Positions 37,158 to 45,353 of a stretch of DNA of 45,353 nucleotides are shown in pieces. Numbering within the stretch: the first letter of the stretch is position 1; each line of letters begins with the position of its first letter. Both the position numbers and the translations under genes were made by a program. The notes beneath the pieces were generated by a model. That model saw only the letters and a list, made by a program, of their open reading frames with translations. It made no database searches and was not told the DNA's origin. Source of the DNA: an uncultured Rikenellaceae bacterium (GTDB lineage Bacteria > Bacteroidota > Bacteroidia > Bacteroidales > Rikenellaceae); contig CAYJLL010000001.1 of NCBI GenBank assembly GCA_964370955.1, positions 1 through 45,353 on the forward strand, read 5' to 3'.

Positions 37158-38645
37158 ATGCAAACCCATCTTATTGATCCCACCCAGCATCTGTCAGCTC
37201 AGAGAGTAGAACAGATAATTGATAATAATTTCCGCCTTGAACTATCACCCGCAGCCAAAGAGCGTATTGTGCGTTGTCGAGAATATCTTGATAGTAAAAT
37301 GGAGAATATAGACCGCCCTATCTATGGGGTGAGTACGGGTTTTGGCTCGCTGTGTGATATAACAATCTCCCCCGACGAACTATCCCAACTGCAACACAAT
37401 CTAGTGGTCTCACACGCTTGTGGAACGGGTGATGAGGTTCCATCGTTTGTGGTTAAAATTATATTGATGCTAAAGATTCAATCCCTGAGCTATGGAGCGT
37501 CGGGAGTTCAACTTGCCACAGTTGAAAGGCTCATAGAGATGTTTAATAAGAATATCCTTCCAGTGATTTACACCCAAGGCTCTTTGGGGGCTTCGGGCGA
37601 TTTAGCTCCACTAGCACACCTCTCGCTCCCTCTTTTGGGTCTAGGCGAGGTTGTTTATGGGGGCGAGAGGCGCAAGACAGCCGATATTTTGGAAGAATTG
37701 AATTGGGAGCCCATTACTTTGCAATCGAAAGAGGGCTTAGCTCTGCTCAATGGCACTCAATTTATGAGCGGCTATGGTATCTACTCTTTGGTGGTTGCCA
37801 AGCGCCTTTCGAGAGCTGCCGATACAATAGCGGCGATGTCGCTCGATGCCTATGATGGGCGCATAGAACCATTTGATGAGGCGGTGCACTTGTTGCGCCC
37901 TCACAAAGGGCAAGTAGACACTGCTCGAGCTGTGAGAGAAGCCTTGCAGGGTAGTGAGTTGATCTCACAAGAGAAGCAGCACGTGCAAGACCCCTACTCG
38001 TTCCGCTGTGTGCCACAAGTTCACGGAGCATCGAAGGATGCTATTTCCTATGTAGAGAAGGTTGTTGATACTGAGATTAACAGTGTGACAGACAATCCAA
38101 ATATTGTTGTTGATGAAGATAAAATCATCTCGGCAGGTAATTTCCACGGACAACCCCTTGCGCTTGCCTATGATTTTTTGGCTATTGCCATCTCCGAGCT
38201 TGCGAGTATTTCGTGCCAACGCACCTATCAACTTATTGCGGGGAAACGAGGGCTTCCTCAGTTTCTGGTGGCAAGCCCAGGGCTTAATAGTGGTTTTATG
38301 ATTCCACAATATACAGCCGCTTCGATTGTGAGTCAAAATAAACAGCTCGCCACCCCTGCCTCTGTCGACTCGATCGAGAGTAGTCAAGGGCAAGAAGACC
38401 ATGTGTCGATGGGAGCAAACGCAGCTACCAAACTAATGCGAGTGGCGCTGAATGTCGAGCGAGTGTTGGCAATCGAGCTATTTAATGCAGCTCAGGCGCT
38501 GGAATTCCGCCGTCCGCAGCGTAGCTCACCCATTCTTGAATCCCTTATTGAGGAGTATCGAAAAGAGGTGCCTTTTATCGAGACAGATCAAGTTATGTAT
38601 GAGCATATCGAGAATAGTATCAATTTTGTTAAGACGCATTTATGA
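37158..38645 (+). CDS. hutH: Histidine ammonia-lyase
   Basis: YGVSTGFG, MIO-forming GASGDLAPL, KEGLALLNGTQ, QDPYSFRC, GNFHG, QEDHVSMG. Confidence 0.97.
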   Translation: MQTHLIDPTQHLSAQRVEQIIDNNFRLELSPAAKERIVRCREYLDSKMENIDRPIYGVSTGFGSLCDITISPDELSQLQHNLVVSHACGTGDEVPSFVVKIILMLKIQSLSYGASGVQLATVERLIEMFNKNILPVIYTQGSLGASGDLAPLAHLSLPLLGLGEVVYGGERRKTADILEELNWEPITLQSKEGLALLNGTQFMSGYGIYSLVVAKRLSRAADTIAAMSLDAYDGRIEPFDEAVHLLRPHKGQVDTARAVREALQGSELISQEKQHVQDPYSFRCVPQVHGASKDAISYVEKVVDTEINSVTDNPNIVVDEDKIISAGNFHGQPLALAYDFLAIAISELASISCQRTYQLIAGKRGLPQFLVASPGLNSGFMIPQYTAASIVSQNKQLATPASVDSIESSQGQEDHVSMGANAATKLMRVALNVERVLAIELFNAAQALEFRRPQRSSPILESLIEEYRKEVPFIETDQVMYEHIENSINFVKTHL

Positions 38646-39862
38646 TAACAATAACCAATATATCTCGCCTTTGGGGGGTGCACTCTCTCCCACGATTGAG
38701 TGGCGAGCAGATGGCTGCGATTCCCTATATTGAAAATGCTTTTTTGAAGATAGAGGGAGAAAAAATTGTAGAGTTTGGAGCGATGGAGCAAGTAAACGTA
38801 GAGGGCGAGATTCTTGATGCCCAAGGTGCGGAAGTGTTGCCATCGTTTTGCGATTCTCATACTCATTTGGTCTATGCCGCCTCACGTGAGGAGGAGTTTA
38901 TTGATAGGGTGAGAGGTTTGAGCTATGCCGAGATTGCCCAGAGGGGTGGGGGTATACTCAATAGCGCAGATAAATTGCGACTGATGAGCGAGGATGATCT
39001 TTTTGCAAGTGCAAAAGAACGTTGCCAGCAGATAATTCATACAGGCACGGGAGCGGTGGAAATTAAAAGCGGCTATGGATTGTCTTTGGAGAGCGAACTC
39101 AAAATGCTACGTGTTGTGGCTCGCTTGAAAGAGGCTATGCCATTGGAAATTCGAGCAACTTTTTTGGGGGCGCACGCTGTACCACGAGAATATCAAGGTA
39201 GGCAGCAAGAGTATGTGGATATGCTCTGCGCAGAGATGCTTCCTGTGGTTGCGGCCGAGGGTTTGGCGGATTATGTCGATGTGTTTTGCGATGAGGGCTT
39301 TTTCACTACCGCCCAAACAGCGCAAATACTCGAAGAGGCAGCAAAATATAATATCCAAGGCAAGATACACGCCAACGAGCTAGCTATTTCGGGTGGTGTG
39401 GAGTTGGGGGTGGCACACGGAGCTCTCTCGGTGGATCACCTTGAGGAGATGAATGAGGCTTCAATAAACGCCCTAAAAGGTGCAACCACTATAGGAACAG
39501 CTTTGCCTGGTGCTTCGTTTTTCTTGGGGATACCCTATGCCCCTGTGCGAGCGATGGTCGATCAGGGGCTGCCCATAGCTATCGCATCGGACTTTAACCC
39601 AGGGAGCTCACCCAGTGGGAATATGCCTTTTATGATGGCTCTTTCTGTCATTAAATCAAAACTCTTGCCCACCGAAGCTCTTGCTGCTGCCACTATTAAT
39701 GGCGCTTATGCAATGGGATTGGACGGCACTCATGGCAGTATAGCTGTGGGGAAAACAGCGAATCTTCTTATGTTGAAAAAAGGATCAACCCTCGAGCATA
39801 TCCCCTATTACCATACTGAAAATCATATTGATAAAATAATCTTAAAAGGAAAAATACAATGA
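38642..39862 (+). CDS. hutI: Imidazolonepropionase
   Basis: DSHTHLV, RGGGI, EIKSGYGL, FLGAHA, DVFCDEG, HANEL, DHLE, SDFNPGSSP. Confidence 0.96.
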   Translation: MITITNISRLWGVHSLPRLSGEQMAAIPYIENAFLKIEGEKIVEFGAMEQVNVEGEILDAQGAEVLPSFCDSHTHLVYAASREEEFIDRVRGLSYAEIAQRGGGILNSADKLRLMSEDDLFASAKERCQQIIHTGTGAVEIKSGYGLSLESELKMLRVVARLKEAMPLEIRATFLGAHAVPREYQGRQQEYVDMLCAEMLPVVAAEGLADYVDVFCDEGFFTTAQTAQILEEAAKYNIQGKIHANELAISGGVELGVAHGALSVDHLEEMNEASINALKGATTIGTALPGASFFLGIPYAPVRAMVDQGLPIAIASDFNPGSSPSGNMPFMMALSVIKSKLLPTEALAAATINGAYAMGLDGTHGSIAVGKTANLLMLKKGSTLEHIPYYHTENHIDKIILKGKIQ

Positions 39863-40317
39863 TACTAGACACACTCGAAAATGCTCTAAAAAACACAGAG
39901 CACTACTCAAAACTAAACTCTCGCTTTGCGAAAGCTCTTGAATTTCTCGCCACCGCCTCATCTCTCGAGGATGGCCGCTATGAACTGGATGGAGATAAGC
40001 TCTATGCGATGATCGTTAGCGCGCCTATGCGCCCTGCTGCCGATGCTCTTTTGGAGGCTCATGAGCGTTATATCGACATTCAAATGCCTCTTACCGGTGG
40101 CGAGAGCTATGCTTGGGCGCCCTTGAGCGAATGTGTGACCATAAAAACGCCTTATTGCCCCAATGATGATATTGTGTTTTTCGAGAATGCTCCCACCCAA
40201 ATGCTAAGTGCTAATGCAGGCGAGCTGCTGTTCTTCTTCCCCCACGATGGTCACGCGCCTATTATAGGCGAGGGTACTGTGCGCAAGGTGATAGTCAAAG
40301 TAAGCGTTGAGGAATAA
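39859..40317 (+). CDS. YhcH/YjgK/YiaL (DUF386) family protein
   Basis: MILDTL start; EAHERYIDIQ..G.E; DDIVFF; FFPHDGHAP; RKVIVKV. Confidence 0.9.
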   Translation: MILDTLENALKNTEHYSKLNSRFAKALEFLATASSLEDGRYELDGDKLYAMIVSAPMRPAADALLEAHERYIDIQMPLTGGESYAWAPLSECVTIKTPYCPNDDIVFFENAPTQMLSANAGELLFFFPHDGHAPIIGEGTVRKVIVKVSVEE

Positions 40318-40324
40318 TAAGTAT

Positions 40325-41716
40325 ATGAAAAGATTTCTGCTTCTCTCTTTGCTCTGTGTGAACTTTAGCGCTCAGGCACAAAACCCTACTGTCAATGGTG
40401 GTGGGGTGGAAAGGCCGCTTGGGGTGTGGAAAGGAGAGCTTAAAGCCTCGATGATTCAACCCTTGCGTTTGGCTATCGAGATTCGTGAGAATTTAGGCGT
40501 AGGCCATAGTGCAACCCTCGTCTCGCTAGATCAGGGGGCTGAACCAATAGATGCAAACTCTATTGGTTTTATTGGTGATAGTGTGTTTTTGAGGTTTTTG
40601 GACATTGGAGTGAGCTATCGCGCCAAGATAAAAGAAGGCTTGTTGGATGGGAAATTCAAACAAAATAATCGCACTCTGCCCCTGAGGATGACTCGTGGGG
40701 AGAAGAGCGATATGACGCTTCATCGTCCTCAAACCCCTCAGCCACCCTTTCCTTATGAGTCAACAGAAGTGAGTTTCACAAACCCCCAGCAGGGTAATAC
40801 TCTCAGCGGTACACTCACCACACCACAGGGTAAAAAGAAGTGTCCAGCCGTTGTGCTTGTTAGTGGTTCAGGGCCACAGAATCGTGATGAGGAACTTGCA
40901 GGGCATAAACCTTTTTTGGTGATCGCCGACTATCTCACCCGAGAGGGTATAGCTGTGTTGCGTTATGACGATAGAGGAGTTGGGCAGAGTGAGGATGTTA
41001 GCCCAGAGGGTACAACGCACGATTTGGCGTGGGATGCCCAAGGGGCGATTGATTTCTTGAGAGAGAACAAACGTTTTTCGAGCGTTGGGGTGATAGGTCA
41101 TAGCGAGGGCGGAACGATAGCCTGCATTTTGGCAGGCGACCCTTCGTATAGAAGCCCCGATTTTGTGGTTTCCCTCGCTGGAACTGCCGTTAGTGGTGCG
41201 GAGATCTTGCTCTCCCAACAGCGCAAGGCGATGGAGCTGATGGAGCTAAGCGATGAGTATATAACCAATATTCAGTCCGTTAATAAGGCAATTTATCCTA
41301 TGATCGTTGAGTCTCAGGTGTGGGACGAGGATCTGGAGGCTAGAATCCGAGTAGAGCTCAATAAAACCCCTCAAGGCAGATCTCAGGCAGATTTGCTTGT
41401 TGAAACCCTAAGCTCGCCGTGGATGTATAATTTTATTAAGTTTGATCCCTCAGGTGTAATTTCTGGGGTTAAATGCCCTGTGATGGCGCTCTTTGGTACT
41501 CTTGATTTTCAGGTGTTAGAGCCTCTCAATGCCACGGCTTTTGAGAAAGCATTGAGCAAGAGTGATACACGTCGTTTTGAGGTACATAGCTTTGTCGGAC
41601 TTAACCATCTGTTTCAAAAAGCTACAACTGGCGCCTTTAGCGAATATAGCCGCATTGAACAAACCATAGCCCCCAAGGTGTTGGAGATAATTGCCCAGTG
41701 GTGTAATCAGCAATAA
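40325..41716 (+). CDS. Secreted alpha/beta hydrolase (serine peptidase/esterase-like)
   Basis: Signal peptide from the ATG at 40325; RPQTPQPPFPY; SGSGPQNRDE; LRYDDRGVG; nucleophile GHSEGG; D.QV; NHLFQ. Confidence 0.88.
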   Translation: MKRFLLLSLLCVNFSAQAQNPTVNGGGVERPLGVWKGELKASMIQPLRLAIEIRENLGVGHSATLVSLDQGAEPIDANSIGFIGDSVFLRFLDIGVSYRAKIKEGLLDGKFKQNNRTLPLRMTRGEKSDMTLHRPQTPQPPFPYESTEVSFTNPQQGNTLSGTLTTPQGKKKCPAVVLVSGSGPQNRDEELAGHKPFLVIADYLTREGIAVLRYDDRGVGQSEDVSPEGTTHDLAWDAQGAIDFLRENKRFSSVGVIGHSEGGTIACILAGDPSYRSPDFVVSLAGTAVSGAEILLSQQRKAMELMELSDEYITNIQSVNKAIYPMIVESQVWDEDLEARIRVELNKTPQGRSQADLLVETLSSPWMYNFIKFDPSGVISGVKCPVMALFGTLDFQVLEPLNATAFEKALSKSDTRRFEVHSFVGLNHLFQKATTGAFSEYSRIEQTIAPKVLEIIAQWCNQQ

Positions 41717-41744
41717 GTCTTGAAGAATACTACATTGAATATAC

Positions 41745-41783
41745 AAAAAAAAGACCTGTTCAATTACGAACAGGTCTTTTTTT
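41745..41783. terminator. Bidirectional intrinsic terminator
   Basis: A8-gacctgttc-aattac-gaacaggtc-T7 between convergent genes. Confidence 0.9.
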
Positions 41784-41803
41784 GTTGTTATGCTAGAGAG
41801 TGT

Positions 41804-42244
41804 TTACTCCATTGCGTCTATCCATTTTTCAATGTTAGTGACAACAGTTTCAACAAAAGCGTTAGGCTCTAGTGGAGCTCCCTCCATACGGCCAAGCTCT
41901 TCGCCCTCGCCAATGAAGAAGACTAGGGTTGGGTAAGCGCGAACGCCAAGTTTTTTTGCAACCTCGATACCTTCGCCTTTTTCAGCGTCAAGTTTGTACC
42001 CGATCATGAATTCATTCAGATCCTCTACGTCTGGACTTGGGAATACATCAGCCGACAGGCGCTGGCAAGGTGGACACCAAGTTGTGTAGACATCCAAAAG
42101 GAGGATTTTGTCTTGGTCAAAAGCAATTTTCTGAGCCTCGGCCAATGAAGATGCTTTAATAAACTTTAGTCCTTCGGCATTTGCGGTGCCAGTTGCCATG
42201 AAAGCCAGTAGCGCTACGGCTACTAATGTTAGTAATTTTTTCAT
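41804..42244 (-). CDS. Exported thioredoxin-family protein
   Basis: Signal peptide; DVYTTWCPPC; KLDAEKGEG; cis-Pro motif AYPT. Confidence 0.9.
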   Translation of the reverse strand: MKKLLTLVAVALLAFMATGTANAEGLKFIKASSLAEAQKIAFDQDKILLLDVYTTWCPPCQRLSADVFPSPDVEDLNEFMIGYKLDAEKGEGIEVAKKLGVRAYPTLVFFIGEGEELGRMEGAPLEPNAFVETVVTNIEKWIDAME

Positions 42245-42319
42245 GTTTTGTGATGTTTTTAGTTAAAAATCAGGTTGTTAATTTAGAACGCACAAGCATA
42301 AGCTGTGCCAATCCATGAG

Positions 42320-42351
42320 CAAACATAATGATTTTTATCTTAAACACCAAA
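42320..42351 (-). promoter_or_regulatory. Consensus sigma-A promoter for the thioredoxin-family gene
   Basis: Minus strand TTTG (42351-42348), 20 nt, then TATGTTTG (42327-42320). Confidence 0.7.
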
Positions 42352-42392
42352 TATTTCTTAAATTTACATAACATTTTGTTATCAAGTGATGG

Positions 42393-45299
42393 CTAGAAAG
42401 ATCTTCCGCCTCCGCCTCCCATGCCACCGCCTCTACCTCCCGGAGGAGGTCCGTCAAAACTACCACCCGATGGGCGACCATCTTCGTTTTGGTTTTGTTT
42501 TGATTTGTTCTTGCGAGTGTCAATGCGCCATGTAAGTGTTGCCATGAAGTAGCGTGGCATAACCAGAGTGCTCATTGTTTGAGTGTAAGTATCGTTGGTT
42601 GATTGACGAATTGCTGTGTTTTGATTTAGTAGATCATAGCCTGAAAGGGTGATTTCAAAGGTGTTTTTAGCAAATTTCTGAGTCAAAGAGGCATTTAGGA
42701 TACCATAGTGTTGGTTATAGCTTTCTTGTGTTCCGTAGGTATTGCGCCACTGTCCGTCAGCACGTAGGTAAAAGCCATTCCATAGATTCCAGCTCAGGTT
42801 AGCCGAAACGGTGTGCGACCAGTAGCGGTCAAAATTACCTGCACCTGCGTTACTTAGGTTGATCGATGGAGAGTAGCCCACATTGAAATCCACACCTTCG
42901 ATATTTGAAGCAAGTTGGAAACGGGTACCGATGCGGTTGCTAGTACTCATATACTCAACATTGTTTTCGATCGATGGAGTCTTAGCATAGTTATAGAATC
43001 CCATAACAGATAGCTTCGATTTAAGAGGATTAACCCCAACTGTAAGGTTGGTGAAGATATTACCATTGAAATATCCATCCAAGTTCACCGGCTCGATAAG
43101 CTGAGCGCCAGCGGGGATTACTGTGCCGTCTACTTCCATTGAAGATGTTAGGAATTGACGGTGATTAGCTATATAATCCGCGATGATGCTTGCACGTCCA
43201 CCCACCATAAAGAATATGTTTTTTTGCATATTATTGTAACGATAGGTTAGGCGCATATTGTGGTTATAACTCTGCTGTAGATCTGCATTACCACGACTCA
43301 CCTGAAGGATGTTCGAAACGTCCAAAATATCTTGAAGTTGAGTCACAGTAGGGAAGATAGAGTTGGTGTTGTAACGGAATTCCAACACGGTGCTCTTAGA
43401 TGGGTTGTAGCGCAGGTTGAACATAGGCATAAATGCCGAGAAGTCATAGCCACTATCAGGGGGAGTAATTACAGGGAACTCCTGAAGAGAGTTCAATTCT
43501 GCATACTGATAGCGCACCGATGCACTCAGAGTAAACTCATTACCAATATTATAACCATAGGTCAAACCCACTGTGTTGGTGGTGGTGTTGCGGTTCATGT
43601 AGTTGGTGGTGAGGGTATCAAGCTCCATAAGGGCGAAAGTCTGCATCGCAGCATCATACTCCAGTTGGTTCCATCCCTGACGATCTGAGATCGTACGGTC
43701 ATAGTTGATCGAGTAGTTCAGGCTCAGGCGTGAACGTTCAGAGATAGGTTCAGTGTAGGTTGACGAGCCAGTGAGAGAATAACGAGACATATCTACGTAG
43801 CCCAGCTGGCGGATAGAATCAGGAACAATAAGCATAGTGGTTGGGTCCTCAGATAGATAGTCAGACCATTGCTGCATCTCACCCCATGATTTCTGACCCG
43901 AAACAATACCTCCTAGTGATAGAACGCGTCCAGCCTTGCCGAAGCGGTGTTGCCACCACAAATCGCTCGAAACATTATAAGAGGTCAAAGCTCTGTCATA
44001 GTCACTCGCTGCAGAGTTAAGCAGTGCTCCACCAAAACCCGTAAGGGTTTCAGAGTTTTCTGTTGTGAAACCACTGTTAGTTGTATAGTTCACACGAGGA
44101 GAGAAGGTGATTCGGTTGGTTTCATTGGGCATCCATTCGACCTTCGAAGAGAAACGGTGGTCGTATTGGGTACCATTTATAGTAGCGTATTCAGTATAAT
44201 AACGAGGGTTGGTCAAGAAGTCCTGAGTGATGGTGCTAATCTGCTCGTTGTCGGTTTGGTTGAAGAAATAGCTCGCCGATAGTTTCAGGTTATCATTGTA
44301 GTCACCACTATAATTCACACCAAGCGCTTTAGTGTCACGGATGCCACTGCTTACGTTGGTCGAAAATGGGCCTAGGTCTACGCCCGAACCTCCTCTCATT
44401 CCACGTCCACGACCATAGCCACTGCTACCGGTGATATCGTTCATCGAGAAACCTTGGTTGTTGGTGTTGTTGAGTTGAGCGGTGAGGGCAAGGCGAGTGT
44501 TGTCTGTCATCCAGTTGCCTCCTGCACCCGCTCCGTAGCGACCATCGGTTCCAACGCCCGCAAAAGCCTTGCCTATCATATTGTCCATCACATTGCGTTT
44601 TGTGACAATATTTACGGTCTTGACTCTCTCGCCAGTGTCGTAGCCCGAGAACTTAGCGTCGTCGGTTTGATCGTCAAAGAATTGCACACTCTCCACCGCA
44701 TCCACAGGTAGGTTTTGTAGTGCTAGGGCAGGGTCGTCATCAAAATACTCCTTGCCATTGACAAGAACCTTTGCGATTTTTTCGCCCTCGACTTCAAGAT
44801 TTCCATCGTCGTCGGTGGTCACCCCAGGCATTTTGGCAATCAAAGCCGCACTGGTTGCATCGGGGTCAGTCTTGAAGGCGGCAGCATTAAACTGCGTTGT
44901 GTCGCCTTTGATTTGACCCATGGTTGCTTGAGCAGTAACTACTGCCTCATCGGCGATTGCAGCGTCCACGCTCATAGTGATAGTCCCAAGGTCAACCGTA
45001 GGGTTACCATCGGTGATGGTAATATATCTATCCTTGAAGCCCATATATGAGATTCTAATGGTAGAGGCTGCTTTGTTGGTTTTGATAGAGAATTTTCCAT
45101 CAGTGTCGCTAGCCACAGTACGCGATGAGCTTGAAAGTCCTTCGGTGTCGGCGGGATTCATTTGGATAACAGCCCCGATGGCTGGTGTGCCATTTGTGCC
45201 ACCCTCAACGATCTTGCCCGTGACAAGAACGTTCTGAGCCCACAGGCTCGAGGTTGAAAGCAGCATTGCTGCTACAAGAAGTGTGAGTCTTTTTTTCAT
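42393..45299 (-). CDS. Outer-membrane beta-barrel protein, TonB-dependent-receptor-like, with a Gly/Pro/Arg-rich C-terminal tail
   Basis: Signal peptide; ISYMGF; KGDTTQFNAAAFK..KMPGV..VNGKEYF..NLP plug-like region; GNADL; YDLLNQN..PRYFM; tail ends in Phe. Confidence 0.85.
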   Translation of the reverse strand: MKKRLTLLVAAMLLSTSSLWAQNVLVTGKIVEGGTNGTPAIGAVIQMNPADTEGLSSSSRTVASDTDGKFSIKTNKAASTIRISYMGFKDRYITITDGNPTVDLGTITMSVDAAIADEAVVTAQATMGQIKGDTTQFNAAAFKTDPDATSAALIAKMPGVTTDDDGNLEVEGEKIAKVLVNGKEYFDDDPALALQNLPVDAVESVQFFDDQTDDAKFSGYDTGERVKTVNIVTKRNVMDNMIGKAFAGVGTDGRYGAGAGGNWMTDNTRLALTAQLNNTNNQGFSMNDITGSSGYGRGRGMRGGSGVDLGPFSTNVSSGIRDTKALGVNYSGDYNDNLKLSASYFFNQTDNEQISTITQDFLTNPRYYTEYATINGTQYDHRFSSKVEWMPNETNRITFSPRVNYTTNSGFTTENSETLTGFGGALLNSAASDYDRALTSYNVSSDLWWQHRFGKAGRVLSLGGIVSGQKSWGEMQQWSDYLSEDPTTMLIVPDSIRQLGYVDMSRYSLTGSSTYTEPISERSRLSLNYSINYDRTISDRQGWNQLEYDAAMQTFALMELDTLTTNYMNRNTTTNTVGLTYGYNIGNEFTLSASVRYQYAELNSLQEFPVITPPDSGYDFSAFMPMFNLRYNPSKSTVLEFRYNTNSIFPTVTQLQDILDVSNILQVSRGNADLQQSYNHNMRLTYRYNNMQKNIFFMVGGRASIIADYIANHRQFLTSSMEVDGTVIPAGAQLIEPVNLDGYFNGNIFTNLTVGVNPLKSKLSVMGFYNYAKTPSIENNVEYMSTSNRIGTRFQLASNIEGVDFNVGYSPSINLSNAGAGNFDRYWSHTVSANLSWNLWNGFYLRADGQWRNTYGTQESYNQHYGILNASLTQKFAKNTFEITLSGYDLLNQNTAIRQSTNDTYTQTMSTLVMPRYFMATLTWRIDTRKNKSKQNQNEDGRPSGGSFDGPPPGGRGGGMGGGGGRSF

Positions 45300-45353
45300 T
45301 GGTTTATCTTGGAATTAATTATTTTCTTTTGCGTTGCTACACACTTTGACACC

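Overview
A 45 kb stretch of gene-dense core chromosome from a Bacteroidota anaerobe. The lineage is inferred from the porX-tsaE pair, the bat operon, TAnnTTTG promoters and AT-rich leaders without Shine-Dalgarno sites; it looks Rikenellaceae-like, which is a guess. Left part: porX (5'-truncated), tsaE, two tandem M28 peptidases, a moxR-DUF58-hyp-batC-batA-batB-batD-batE operon, and a minus-strand sulfatase, xseB and TonB-dependent receptor. Middle: a long RelA/SpoT homolog, phnA/yjdM, a five-gene operon (GH92, PanE-like, polyol SDR, DeoC-like aldolase, FGGY kinase), GH89, a CobB sirtuin, a 56-aa winged-helix gene missing from the ORF track, and an M16 protease. Right part: thiD, ftsB-like, ftcD, hutU, hutH, hutI, yhcH-like, an alpha/beta hydrolase, a thioredoxin-like gene and an outer-membrane barrel. 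I saw no rRNA, tRNA, CRISPR array, transposase, integrase or phage gene. The best candidate for an undescribed system is the 19.6-25.8 kb operon. Its GH92 appears to have Ser in place of the catalytic-acid Glu, and it is coupled to a polyol dehydrogenase, ketose kinase and atypical DeoC module whose substrate I cannot assign. The second candidate is the hidden 56-aa Zalpha-like winged-helix protein with its own promoter and terminator. All family calls come from motif recognition by eye; no searches were run.
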